A stretch of 64,000 bases of DNA, taken from Octopus sinensis (Eukaryota). The first letter of the stretch is position 1; each line of letters opens with the position of its first letter. The stretch covers positions 1,426,001-1,490,000 of the forward strand of contig NC_043017.1 in NCBI RefSeq assembly GCF_006345805.1, written 5' to 3'. The position numbers and the translations under genes were made by a program. This document shows positions 12,895-25,750 of this stretch, piece after piece. A model generated the notes under the pieces. The model was not told the DNA's origin and did no database searches. It saw nothing but the letters and a program-made list of their open reading frames with translations.

Positions 12895-13036
12895 CCAAGC
12901 AGTGTTATTATAAGATTAGAATGTCGCCAGGTGCTTACAGCCCTCTACCAATCGGGCAATGGGATCACTGGACGTTCCGCTTTAGAAACTTATAGATGAT
13001 TAGTGATGGGAAAGTGTGATGACATTTTTGGGTAGA
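12895..13036. repeat. Unclassified 142-bp repeat, copy 2
   Basis: About 92% identical to 10987-11128 by eye count. Confidence 0.9.
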
Positions 13037-13039
13037 ATC

Positions 13040-13740
13040 TGGGCACCGACGAAAACGAACTGGTTAGTCTGTTCTGGAGGGCTTTCGGTGGGGAACTATC
13101 ATGGGCAATTTCCAGATGTCCTTGACTTGGAAGTGATACTGTAGGTGCTACTGGTCCAAGATAACCTCTGCAGACACGAATGTGCAGTCAGACGAGCTTG
13201 TTCGGGGTGCGCCAGGAGGGACGAAACCGTTTTGCACGTACTCATTCAATGTCCGGGCATTGCCAACTTGTGAGGATAATGTCGAACAACAGCTGTCACA
13301 TGTGGGTCTGATCCGTCTTTCGGCCCCGTCTGTGGTAATGATTGCCCCTCCGCCCGCCTTCCATCGGGCAGGCAGGATAGTTTCTCTTCGCATGATAGTT
13401 TCTCTTCGCATGATGGACAAGCCTGAAAGGTATGAAGACAGATACATTCCTCTTTGGTAGAAGTCACATTGACTTCGTCAAGTTTCTCATGAAATCTGAA
13501 GAGGATCGTGCTGCCCTCGAGTGAAATTAATGAAAGATGGGTGAAAGTTTCGAAAATAACAAGAATGGATTGTATCTCTGTAAATATAGACCTGTGAGTC
13601 GGAGAGAAGGAATTGGTAGGGGCACTTGTTCTTGGTCATCCTATATCAGGAATCCTACATCTCTATCAATTTTTTAACGTTTGTATATTATGTATATGTA
13701 TCGTCATTTTCATTGTATACTGTGTATATTTTTTATTGTA
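13040..13740 (+). mobile_element. L1/Tx1-like LINE C-terminal fragment (CCHC knuckle) and 3' UTR
   Basis: FQMSLTWK...VQDNLCRH...RACSGCARRDETVLHVLIQCPGIANL, then IDFVKF...VLPSSEINERWVKVSKITRM. Homologous to the 25751-26586 element. Contains an 18-bp tandem duplication at ~13377-13412. Confidence 0.75.
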
Positions 13741-13878
13741 TAGTTTTCTATCATCTCATTATACGTAAACCCCACACATTATGACTGTCCTTGTATTGTT
13801 CCCCTCACCTTCGCCCTGATGACAAAAAATGACATAATGATGATCATCATCATCCTCATTCTTCTTCTTCTTCTTCTT

Positions 13879-13956
<78 letters not shown>

Positions 13957-13969
13957 GTTGTTGTTGTTG

Positions 13970-14135
13970 TTTGACATTTGCTTTGAATTTGTACAAGTTT
14001 GGTCCAAGTCTCACCCAGAGACCTCAAGAGAAAACATGTTAGAAGTTCATGTTGGTGTTATATCTAGGGTATATTATATTTGGTTTTGTACAGAGTAGTG
14101 TTCTAGTGAATATTCAAGAAAACTTGAGAAAATTA
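13970..14135 (-). mobile_element. Probable LINE 3' UTR remnant embedded in (TAA)n/(CAA)n
   Basis: Unique ~165-bp island (…CTCTTGAGGTCTCTGGGTGAGACTTGGACC…GTCAAACAACAACAATAATAAT on the minus strand) with trinucleotide repeats on both sides. Clade assignment (R4/Dong) is inference. Confidence 0.5.
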
Positions 14136-14210
14136 TTGTTATATTATTATTATTATTATTATTATTATCTTCATTATTATTATTATTATTATTATATTAT
14201 TATTATTATT

Positions 14211-14246
<36 letters not shown>

Positions 14247-15171
14247 ATTGTTGCTGTTGCTGTTGGTTTTATTACGAGTCATATTTGAACGAAAAAAAAT
14301 GCAGTATCGCTACGACTACAAGTGTGAACTTTTTGCACTTATCGCAAATCTCCATTGCATACGCCATATTTCGCCTAATAACTCGCTCCTTATCTCCAAC
14401 ACCATCAGCAATAACTCCATCCCCATTTCCACCGCCATCTTTAACCCTGCCACCACAGCAACTACCTGAACCACACCCACCTCCTCCACTATCATTATCA
14501 GAAGCAGCATCATCATCGTCATCATCATCATCATAATGATAAACGTCTTTTTCTTTAGTCTCGTTTATCAGTTCAAGCATCGACTTCAGCAATATACACC
14601 TCCTCCTAATCCTCATCATCATTATCATCATTATCATCGCTGTCGTTGTCATCGTGATCACCAATCTCATCATCATCATCATCATCATCATCATCACCAC
14701 CATATTCAATGTCATAGAAGTTGCGGTATTCAAATACGACGACGACAACGACGACGACACTGGTAACCAGGTCAGCGGCAGAAGAGGGTCGACATCCTTT
14801 CAGTCACGTTGTCACGCGAAACATGCCTCTGCATACGGAGAACGCAAACGAATTGATGCATGAATAAATGAGCAACTATGGACGAAAGACACAAATGAAC
14901 GGATAAATAAATCACAGCGTATGACTGGTCGCCATCATAACATTTGTTAACTTTCAAACTTGATGAGGCAAGAAGCAATAACCACGAGAACCGATACGAA
15001 TACCACCACAAACACCATGCCGAATATATACATATGTGTGTGTGTGTGTATGTGTGTGTGTGTATGTGTGTGCATGTGTATGTATAATATATATATATAT
15101 ATACTATACAAGCGCATATATTAATTTCTATGTGCATATATGCGTTTGTAATATAGACACGCACACACATA

Positions 15172-15206
<35 letters not shown>

Positions 15207-16050
15207 GGAGATAAATAAAAATATATGCATACATACAAACATATATGTACGTACCTACATCTACATGTATATATACATGCATATATAAATAATTATACGG
15301 AAGTACAGGACATCACAATAAGACGTAGAAACAGAAAAAGCCAAAAAACAAAAAACAAGAAAACGGAAAACGAAAACCAAATACAGGACAGGTTACACAA
15401 GGACAAAACCCCCGTCATCAGCTGTCGCTAGAGGAGTCAGGCATGTTTCGAAGGCATAACAGAACACTAATCCAATAGGCCTTCCTGCGAGAGAATTAAA
15501 ATAAAATTTCAAGCAGCGGGGCACAATGAGTACGAACACAACCAAGACGTAACAATAAGACTGCAAAATTAAAATACATGTACAAAAACAAACACAAGAG
15601 GACGAACGAAAAAGCCTTTTTTCTGGCATAGACAAACAATAAAACTGCAAAAATAAAAATACAAGTACAAAAAGTACAATTAGTTACAAAACGAGAAAAT
15701 AACAAGAATACTATACAGGAAATTAACCACACAAGGGGACGAACGAAGAAGCCTTTTTGCTGGCAAGGACGAAAGTGTAGTAGCAGCGCGTGGAGGCAGT
15801 CTTTTCAATAGTGGTAACCACGTGTAAAGGAATTTTGTTTTATAGGCAAGGAAGAGGGAAGGAGGAGGGGGACACGCGGCGAAGAGAGAGGAGGAGGGGG
15901 AGGGAGAAAGATTGAAGAGGTTAAAGCAAAGGGAGAGAGTACCGCATCTTCAATATAATAATATTAATATAAAAAAAGGGGACCAAGAAGTGGATCGAAA
16001 CGACGAATCGGAACGAACCTGATGCGGGATATATATATATATGCATGTAC

Positions 16051-16097
<47 letters not shown>

Positions 16098-16494
16098 AGG
16101 ACACACACACACACATTCATCTCATACACACACGCACACACATGCACACACATGCACACACACACGCACACACACACACACACGGGCACACCTACCCACA
16201 AATATGCTGTGAACTGTGAAGAAACTAGTCAACGATTAATAACGTGTCACAAGGCCATTTCCGGCTGCGTTTCCGCCGATAAAATCTTTTGAACATCTTT
16301 TCAACTGAGATCATAAGCAACCCTCTTCCCGACCACCAGTTATTCATAAACACCAAATTTTCACGGCATATTCTACCGAAGCATAATGAAACCTACTGCT
16401 GGTTTATAGGCATATGCGAAATACATAAACTTACATACATACATACATATATATATATACATACATACATACATACATACATAAATATATACAT

Positions 16495-16572
<78 letters not shown>

Positions 16573-16583
16573 ATATACATACA

Positions 16584-16615
<32 letters not shown>

Positions 16616-17127
16616 CTCACAAAAACTCTCACATATTTTATACAGATGTATGCACACACACACACACACACACACTCACATATATATCTTCACTGTCTTC
16701 GCTTCCAGTTCGTTTCGTTGATTTCTCCCCCTCTCACTTTCTTTCTGCCTTTCTGTCTATATTTATTTATTTATATATTTATTTGTACATGTATTTATTA
16801 TTTATTACCCACCATTCATTTACTAGTTAAGGGGCTTCATTTTACGTCTATCATCCAGTCGTACAGTCATTATAACACGATTGGTGTTCCATGCAAGCAG
16901 AGGCACGTTTCTACATTTCTCTCGTGCAGTGAAGTTAGATGCCCATACATACATGCAACTGCGTTTGACTCTATGCGTATGTATATATACATGGATGTGC
17001 ACACACATGTTTATACATACATATAAATATGTATATATATATCAACACGGACACATACACATCTCCCTATGTATACACGTATAAATTATATAGATACACA
17101 CATACATATATTACTATATATGCACGC

Positions 17128-17205
<78 letters not shown>

Positions 17206-17595
17206 GTGTGTCTGTGTGATGTATGTATGTGTATGAGTGTATCTTTGTATACATAGAGGAATGTTGTGTTCTAAGTGACAAAGAACGGGGTTCAATGTAT
17301 CCTATTCACAGCAGGAATAAATGTGTTCTAAAACGAAGCCACGTGCCGTCATTGTGTTCTTGACAAAACTGGTCTTGTAGGAGGCTTCATCTCCTCAGAT
17401 AGCAACAGGTTGTTTATCCAGATGGCCGCCATTAATAAGGTCAATATTTAGAGTAGGATGCAGAATTTTACGGATTGGGGAACCTCCACTGAAAGCAAAC
17501 TAAGCAGAGAGAGACCAGCAACTACGAAAACTGATGTTTATCACCATTGATTGAAAGAATCTAGTAGCGCCAAAAGAGCAGTCACAACCTTTTTA

Positions 17596-17746
17596 TGGCG
17601 TACTGGTTAAGAGCGCGGGCTACTAACCCGCGAGTTCGATTCCAAGCAGTGACCTGAAGAAGAAGAAGAAGAAGAAGAAGAAGAAGAAGAAGAAGAAGAA
17701 GAAGAAGAAGAAGAACAAGAAGAACAAGAACAAGAACAACAACAAT

Positions 17747-17778
<32 letters not shown>

Positions 17779-17935
17779 CGACGACGACGACGATGATAAC
17801 ATCGAAAAATACCATAGGAATGAGAACCCAGGTTTGAAATTTCCCCAAGACATCTGATGAAGACTGGAGGGTATATCAAACGAAACGTTGTGTTAACAAC
17901 AAAGATGGGAACAAATATCCGTCAAATGTAATGTG
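17596..17935 (+). mobile_element. Composite element: tRNA-like Pol III head + (GAA/CAA)n + Penelope-type hammerhead module
   Basis: A box TGGCGTACTGG (17596), B box AGTTCGATTCC (17633), microsatellite 17656-17797, then CTGATGA (17854)...GAAACGTT (17882), ending at (TA)n. Confidence 0.65.
17848..17894 (+). ncRNA. Minimal type I hammerhead ribozyme motif (stem II degenerate)
   Basis: GACAT-CTGATGA-A-GACTG-gagggtatat-CAAAC-GAAAC-GTT^-GTGTT. Catalytic core intact, stem I pairs (with wobbles), stem II has two mismatches. Confidence 0.6.
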
Positions 17936-17989
17936 AATATATATATATATATATAGTAATGATTTTCATTATGTTATAATACGAACAAG

Positions 17990-19800
17990 CTTACTCTTAC
18001 ATTATTTAACTGAAGGGTTACTCAATACTTTTCTAGACTACAAATTTGTTAATCCTTAACCAAAACAGTTTGGTAGTGGCTGCAAAGTTTCGGCCACGTT
18101 AGCTTCCATGAGACAGTGGTAGACCCGATTTCCTTTTTTATAGATTAATTTGAGATTTTTTGAATGATAATTAAGTTGTAGAATTGTATGAGTTGCAGAC
18201 ATTTTTTTTTATTGATTAAACGTGGGATTATCTTATTGGTCAAGAATCATTCATCTCTGTTGAACCTTGTTATCAAGTTTGTCTGTTTTGCTGTGTTAGC
18301 TTCAGGTTATGAGATTCGCCTTTTCCGGCTCTCGAAAGGCTGGAGGTAGGTAGAAGATGTATGATCATCAGGGGATGCGTCACTGGCTTTTGCTGTTCTT
18401 GCTTTTATTTGGGCACTACTGGGAGCTTTAAATAACGATTTTGCAAAAGGAAAGGTTGAAGTTCAGAGTTTAGTTCAGTATGTTATTGTGCTTTTAATGT
18501 GAATATTTATTTATCTTCTACGTTAATATTCACAAAAAGATCTAGGTCAGCATATTTCTCTCAAAGAATTCATTGTTTTAGAAGTTATATGATTACTATC
18601 TAGAAATTTTATATTTTGTTTTTTTTCCGGAAATTACTTTTAAAAATATTTCTATCCGTGTTCGAGTGTGGGTGTTGTATGCTATATTATTTTCGACCTA
18701 TGAATACATACAAAGAATGTGGCATCTTAAATGCAAAAACTGTTCCTCTTATTGTAGGTTTGTAGGAAAATGTTTCTTAGTGAGCGTCAAGGAGCGCCTT
18801 GCTGTGTCAGCTGCAAGTACTAAGCTGCAAGATTAAATGCATGATTCACTCACATTATATTTTTCTTTCTGATTCTCTTCTGGTGTGGATTAGATGTGTG
18901 ATTTTATCCGTATATATTATCTTCTTAGTGAATCTGCTCCCCCAGTCACTTCTTATACAGTACCGGCCCCATTGAAGATATTTCCACCCTTTGATAATTT
19001 ATAGGTTCTTCTACTAACACCTAATTGTAGCTGGGGGCGGCGTTTGAGATGCCGTAGACACACAAAATCCTTGTTAGGTTTTCTGAAAGTGTAGTGATTC
19101 CCCGTCCTCAGGTCTCGGCTTACGTCTATAAGTCGACATTTGCCAAATCGATAGTTGACCGTTATAGAGAAGCAGAAATCTTTGATGGTCTGCATCAGAT
19201 TTTTCCTGGGCTTGCTCATGGCATGGTTGTTCATATTGTTTGTGAATACTAGGCCATCAGCCCTATACACAGTGGAACGCTTGGCGCTGTGCATTTCCTT
19301 AGAGTATCCAAGATAAAAAACCCGAAGGGCTTAGTGATCTCAACATCATCGTTACACACAACGGAACACGACGTCAACTTATTTCTTCACTCAGTAGGAA
19401 TTATCTTGAACCAGCGTTGTCTCTCTAGCATTCATGATGAGCCGATTGTGATTGTCTGTAAGAAATATTGTGTGTGTGAAAATGATTGTCTCATTTATGT
19501 TCTTTGATTTGTCTCTGAGAATTAATGAACTTCGATCCACTAACATCCTGTTGCACTTTAAGCTTACTAGTTCCTTACTCAAGGGTAAACCACGTTGATC
19601 TTGTCCTACGTATAGCCCACAACCCTACACATGCTGACAATATAGCTTAACTCTATGAAATCTGGTTGCTCTTAGGGAAATCCTGCTGCCACTATAAGGA
19701 ATGGTCTGCCAGTAAAACGCAACAAAAACCCGCCCTACCATAAATGTAATGAACTGATGTCGTTCTTTATACAATACCATAGTTTCTAGACGTAGCGGCA
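17990..19800 (-). mobile_element. Penelope-like element, decayed RT through 3' end
   Basis: Colinear PLE RT motifs across frameshifts: RLIMNARETTL (HARKSLL), NDDVEITKPFGFFILDTL (YDGAE.CELVG.FIL), VYRADGL (LYRDDGL), DVSRDLRTGNHYTFRKPN, GISNAAPS (SNHPP), RIRKKNIM (RKRNIIW), KKHFP. A degraded hammerhead-like motif lies at 18079-18117. The 18850-19600 core is the best-supported part. Confidence 0.8.
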
Positions 19801-19861
19801 AGAGGTAACTACCAATACCCTGTCCGATCACGTGGATCTGCCAGAATAATAAAACCATGGA

Positions 19862-20068
19862 AGGCGGCGAGCTGGCAGAAACGTTAGGATGCCGGGCGAA
19901 ATGCTTAGCGGCTTTTCGTCTGCCGTTACATTTTGAGTTCAAATTCCGCCGAGGAGGTCGACTTTGCCTTTCATCCTTTCGGGGTCGATAAATTAAGTAC
20001 CAGTTACGCACTTAATCCCTTTGTTTTTTCATAGTTTGTCACCTCTATGTGGGCAATAAATAAATAAT
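19862..20068 (+). mobile_element. tRNA-derived SINE family B
   Basis: GGCGGCGAGCTGGCAGAAACGTTAG...GAGTTCAAATTCCGCCGAGG..GTCGACTTTGCCTTTCATCCTTTCGGGGTCGATAAATTAAGTACC..., A-rich tail. Confidence 0.9.
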
Positions 20069-20247
20069 AATAAAACCACTGGTCGTGAGCTTGCTAGTAG
20101 ATACCTAACATTTAGAACTCATTTTGGAGCCTTGAAGACATTAAGGTGCAAGGAGCTTAGTCGACTGTATTAAATATTAGGCGTAACCCTTATCAAATGT
20201 GTTGAATACCATCATCTTTCATTTGCTAACTGAATCATATATAAGCA

Positions 20248-20308
<61 letters not shown>

Positions 20309-22409
20309 CGTGCGTGTATGTATATACGCATATATAAAAACGTGTTTTGTGTGTACGTAAGTATGTATGAATGTATGTAATGAATGTAACGCAACAACCG
20401 CAAAAATCTTCGTGATTACCACCCATCGCTTAGTATATCTATTCATTAAATTTCTTCAACGTGTTTATAATGTAAATCGATAAACTCTTGATGACTGGAT
20501 GACAACGTAGACAAAATAGATACTCTAAGCCATTGGACTGATTCTAAATCTGATTGGAATTACTATAAATAAAATGGTAATAGCGCCGCCGAAAAATAGA
20601 AATCGCCATAATGTCTTATCGATGCTGCTAGGATATAATCACACCAGAAGAATTACCATGTACAGAACTAATATTAGCTATTTGAAAATAGAAGAATTTA
20701 TCGCGGTATTTGTCGCGATCAAATCTGTTGGTTACGACTTCATTTGGTCGTCGGTGTTTCTTTCTTTCGTTCTTTATTTCTCAAATGGATTTATGCTGAT
20801 AGACATCACCCTCTCAGTCGGACTATTTTCATCTTATTAGCTAAGTCGTTGATATCAGTTTCAGTTTTAGCTCCAGTACTTTTAAGGGCGGACATTTTAT
20901 TGGAGTAGCAAAGACCGAAACTGAACCTGAGATTTTTATTTTGCACTGACGGTATCTTTTTCTTTTTTTATTAATTTCTAGACCACTGTTTTATTGTGCT
21001 GCATTTCGTCCGTATTTACATTCTGAGTTCACATTCCACCGTGGTCGAATTTGCATTTTAAATTTTGGCGGTTGATAGAATAATTGCCAGTTGAAAACTC
21101 CTTTCACTGAATTTGCTGACCTTGTGCCGAATGGGGAAAGCAATACAGAGAATTACTGACTCACCTAATGATGAGTTACAGAAAGCAATTATCAAATGTA
21201 CGCTTCACTTATCCAAGACATACTGGTCGTACTTGATATCCAATGTATCTTATAGCAACTCTATACACGTCATACAATTTTTAAAATTATATATTTTGAT
21301 ATACTGTACCCTTTAATACATTAAATAAGTCAGGCAACTGCTGAACATCACCCAAATTACAGTTTATTAGTGATTTCAAAAAAGGGGAAGGACACTTCCG
21401 ACACTGAAGTGCTACCATCGTTTCTAAATAATGACAGGGTCGTCATGTCAGAGGACCCTTTAATCATGAATTTATTTCGTCAAGTCCAACCTCGGTTTAG
21501 TGAATACCACTGCCAACAGCAACAGTAACAACAATAATAATTAGAATGTTCTTTTCAACAGTCGAATCAAACAACGGAAGGGTCCGCACCTATCTGTTGA
21601 ACTTGCTAGAAACAGTAGCCATATTACTTTACTCACCTTACCCTCTTAGTAACGAGCATTTCAGATAATGTGGTACTAGACGTAGCCCAGTATAAGTGTG
21701 GGTGGTCAAAGTTGGAATGTGTGTGATTTAAAGTCTAATTTCTCTGGGTCTTTTGACATACATCAGAAGAAAACACCAACAATGACGTCGGTAGAGGCAA
21801 GAAAAAAGAATGGCGAGAGTAACAGTAGCACGAACATAATCATCATCAACATCGGCAACAGTGACAATGACTACAACAAGAAAATTACGTCAAATGCAAC
21901 ACCTGCAGCCACATCATCAAGAACAACAACAACAAGAGGAATGGAAAGAACAACAACAACACGCAGCATCCCAACGCACTTCACCACCAATAACAACAAT
22001 ATCAAACTCAATTAGAATAAGTACTGAGAAATTGGAGGAGGACCTAGAAATTCGGAAACGTTTCTCAAGACATGATTGAAAGTATTTCATTAATGGTAAA
22101 CGAGAACACTACGTAGTGTAAAAGGTGTTAAACTAGACGGGTTGTACGATATCTAATTAAGGGTAATGAACTAAATACTTGTAATTAATGAGAAAGCAAT
22201 GCACCTTCATTGTTCAAGCAAATGCAATTTCACACCTTGAAATAGCCGTTACTGGAAAGCGAATTTATTCTGGCTGCTCGTACCGTGCGTTCGCTAATGC
22301 TGTTCAGGATTTGCTTCTGGTGTTTCACAGTTCTCAGAATTTCTTTCCGTTTCCTATAAAACTCCATTACTTTCGTGGTCTTTGTTCCACATAACCCGAA
22401 AGAAAAGCG

Positions 22410-22510
22410 GTGGGGTTAATGGACTCAATTTTCAAGCGCATCATCTCGTGCTCGGCCACACTGCGAGGCATCTTGGATAAGGGTCTTCTAAAATGGGCCC
22501 AGGTCGATCC
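22410..22510 (+). mobile_element. SINE family A head, strongly diverged
   Basis: CCACACTGCGAGGCATCTTGGATAAGGGTCTTCTA resembles CCCACTGCGTGGCACCTTGGGCAAGTGTCTTCTA. Confidence 0.55.
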
Positions 22511-22609
22511 TTGCCATGGAACATATGGCGTTTCGCGATCGGCAGTTGCATCTTTTATCCACGGAATAATCATTTTCCCTATTATACCCAGCTATACAAT
22601 CGTTATTAT

Positions 22610-23055
22610 CAACCCCTAATTTCGCAATTTAAATCTGTTATTTGTTGCTATAATTGACCCCAAATTTGGCGTCGTATAATAGGATAATTTCAAAGATGAT
22701 CTGTAAAATATAGAATGATACTTATGTTCTAAGGGGAAGTTCTTATCGGTTAACCTAAAAGACATCTTAGGGAGGTTCCTAATCTAAAGGGAAAATGGAA
22801 GGGTAAACCATATTATATCTCGTTTTCCAGATGTTTTAGTGCCAGATTGCCTTCTCATGTTTGGGTTCCCCGCGATCTCATAGTTCAAAGGATTCATATT
22901 CCTGTTAGGTCTATATTTGGGCCTAAATTCAGGAGGATAAGTATCAAAAGGCACATCTCTATTTAGATCACCGAGATTTGTGACTATTTGTATCAACTTT
23001 ATTCTAAATAATGTATTTCTAATTAAAAGAATGTTCTTGTGGAATTAAAGCTAGA
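22610..23055 (-). mobile_element. Penelope-like element fragment (RT thumb/linker)
   Basis: GKRDIIWFTLPFSL...FRLTDKNFPLEHKYHSIFYRSSLKLSYYTTPNLGSIIATNN, matching RNIIWFNPPFS...LIDKHFP..HK.HKIFNR.TLKLSYSC.PN...II..HN. Confidence 0.85.
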
Positions 23056-23145
23056 TTATACATAGGTGCATGCGATCACGCTCATATATTAATATATATA
23101 TATGTGCATAGATACACGCGTTCTTTAATATAAGTATTATTTATG

Positions 23146-23216
<71 letters not shown>

Positions 23217-23242
23217 GAAAAGTGCAGTATTTCACTAGTCTT

Positions 23243-23400
23243 TACGTTCTCAGTTCAAATTCCGCCGAGGTCGACTTTGCTTTCATCCTCTCCAAATCGG
23301 TCAAATGAGTACTGTTTGAGCACTGGGGTCGATGTAATCGACTTACCCACTTCAAGAATTTACTGGCTTTGGGCCAAAATTTGAAACCAATATTGAAATA
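23243..23400 (+). mobile_element. SINE family B, older 3' variant
   Basis: CAGTTCAAATTCCGCCGAGGTCGACTTTGC...CACTGGGGTCGATGTAATCGACTTACCC...GGGCCAAAATTTGAAACC. Confidence 0.85.
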
Positions 23401-23950
23401 GACCTTCGTAACTATACAGCCATTACTTTTTACTAGTATCTGCATGTTCCTTACTTTGTGGAACACGTATCCCAAAATATACGAACCTATTTCAGTTTTG
23501 ACGATGAGTATATCAATTCATCTCTTAATCACGAAGGACAGCATTCTCCACGACATTTTTTAAAGCCTCCTATTCTAAAGGGAAAGAAGAAGGAAATATC
23601 TTCAAATCAGAAGCCTAGCACCGATACAGAGTGCCTTTCTCTATAGACACACATGGATCAGGTGATGGTGTTAGAACAGGAGGCAGTTTAAAGCTACTAA
23701 AGACCTAGCAGGATATGAATTTAGAACTCAAAGAGGCCGATGAAATATCACAAAATATTAGACCCAGCATTCTTGTGTTTCTGTAACTCCATCACTTTAG
23801 AGTTGCAGTTCTCTTTTTTCCCTTTTTTTGTTTTTTGTTTTTTTCAATCTAGCCACCGCGATAATGCAAAACAAAGTTGATCGATTAACCGAAATCCCTA
23901 CCAAACTAATTAATACGTGCACGGACAGAGTTTTCAAGAGGCGCACGTCA

Positions 23951-24325
23951 TTGGCACTCCGTCGCTTACGACGACGTGAGTTCCAGTTGATCCGATGAAC
24001 GGAACAGCCTGCTCCTGAAATGACCGTGCAAGTGGCTGGACACTCCACAGACACGTGTACCCTTTATGTAGTTATCAGGAAGATTCAGCGTGACACACAG
24101 TGTGACAAGGCTGGCCCTCTGAACTACAGGCACAACAGAAACAGGAAGTAAGAGTGAGAGAAAGCTGTGCTGAAAGAATACAACAGGGTTCATCACCATC
24201 CCCTGCCGGAGCCTCGTGGGGCTTTAGGTGTACTTCACTCGATAAACACTCACAACGCCCGGTCAGGGAATCGATCCTATGACTGCGAGTCCTCTGCCCT
24301 AACCACTGGGCCATTGCGCCACCAC
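23951..24325 (-). mobile_element. tRNA-derived SINE family C
   Basis: Minus strand begins GGTGGCGCAATGGCCCAGTGGTTAGGGCAG (A box), then GGATCGATTCCC (B-box-like), a body, and the 3' end GATCAACTGGAACTCACGTCGTCGTAAGCGACGGAGTGCCAA. Confidence 0.75.
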
Positions 24326-25685
24326 ACAGGCGCACGTATTATTAACATAATTCACCGATGGACCCAATGCCACACAAAAAGGTTTTCTTTTTCCTATTAC
24401 ATGCACAATTCTGTTCATTTTCCTTCTACCTACGTTTATTTACAAAGTTTAAGTAGAAAAATATTTCATCACTTACAGCATGATTGAAACCCGGATCTTC
24501 TGATTACAATGGAAACTTCTTAACAGTCGCAGTGCGTTACCATGCCAACAAAGGATTCACAGCGTAACATAATTTGGGAAAAGCGATCGCACAGTAATTA
24601 ACATATGTTGACGTCATTAACATATTTTGGGTTTTGGTTGTGATTTCGCCGTCAAACAGGAGCCTTAAACGCATTGGTATCAGATCTTGTATGTAATACT
24701 TGAGGTGTGGAATGTTTATCCTTGTGTTGCTAACAGTGTTTGATATATACCTACTTGTACACACACACGCACACACACACACGCGCACACACACATACAC
24801 ACACACACACACACACGCACACATATATATGTACACGTGAAAAGAGAGAATTAAATAAATCGGTAAGATAGAGATGGAGGTAGATATGGCTATGTTTATA
24901 TATACCCATGCATGTATACAGACAAATATAAGTATATGCATGTATTTTTATACATATATACACACATGGGCACACATATACACACATGCACTACTCTCCT
25001 TTTATTTTCCTTCCTCCCATAACATTTTACACCCAATGATATCGAAGTATCTACATCAACATCACCTCATCGCCTCTAATTTAGTTTAATCGCTTTTTAT
25101 CAGCTTGTATACTACACATACTTATCATCAAACATCTATCGACCCAACAGAAATAATAATTCCGAATCTCAATTCCACATTACTAAAATCAGAGTTTTTT
25201 TGTTTTTTCACCCAATGATTTTCAATAATTTTAACCAGTGTTATGCAATAACCATTTCACTTATAATAGATTTCGTCGTGACTACTAAATTTATTATTTA
25301 ACATCCATTCAATTTCTTTGAAGTTGCTTATGAATGCCTATTAACCATCTCCTTTACGTTGCATTCCGTATTTGGAAATGGCAAATGCTAGCGTTAGTAG
25401 GATATTTTCTTGTTTTTCATATTGTGATCCTGAATATATTAAATAACTTCATGCCTAATTAACGACTGTGTTTTCAATATATCAATTCATTTCTTCGCTT
25501 TTTCTTTTTGTGTTCGCTTAAAACATGGAACCAAGTAACAATGTATACATCCATTTATCTCTCTCTCTATTTCTCCGTCTGTCTTTCTGTCTGTCTGTCT
25601 ATCTCTCTCTCTGTCTATCTATCTATTTATCTGTCTATCAATCTATCTATTAATTTATCTATCCATCCATCCATCCATCTATCCG

Positions 25686-25750
<65 letters not shown>

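Noticed and set aside
18306-18345. 40-nt plus-strand exon-like segment (CAG|…GAG|GTAGG)
   Set aside because: It lies inside the antisense strand of the PLE 3' region; most likely chance.
21163-21260. Minus-strand 'VRPVCL' (trypsin-like motif) upstream of a strong AG|GTGAGT donor
   Set aside because: A stop follows two codons later, there are no other protease motifs, and no good acceptor.
22025-22067. Hammerhead-like TGAGA…GAAACGTT-TCTCA
   Set aside because: Stem I is plausible, but the core (TTGGAGGA) and stem II are too degraded to support.
22210-22365. Short natural-looking minus-strand frame MEFYRKRKEILRTVKHQKQIL…
   Set aside because: Under 50 aa, no motif and no acceptor; it cannot be supported without a homology search.
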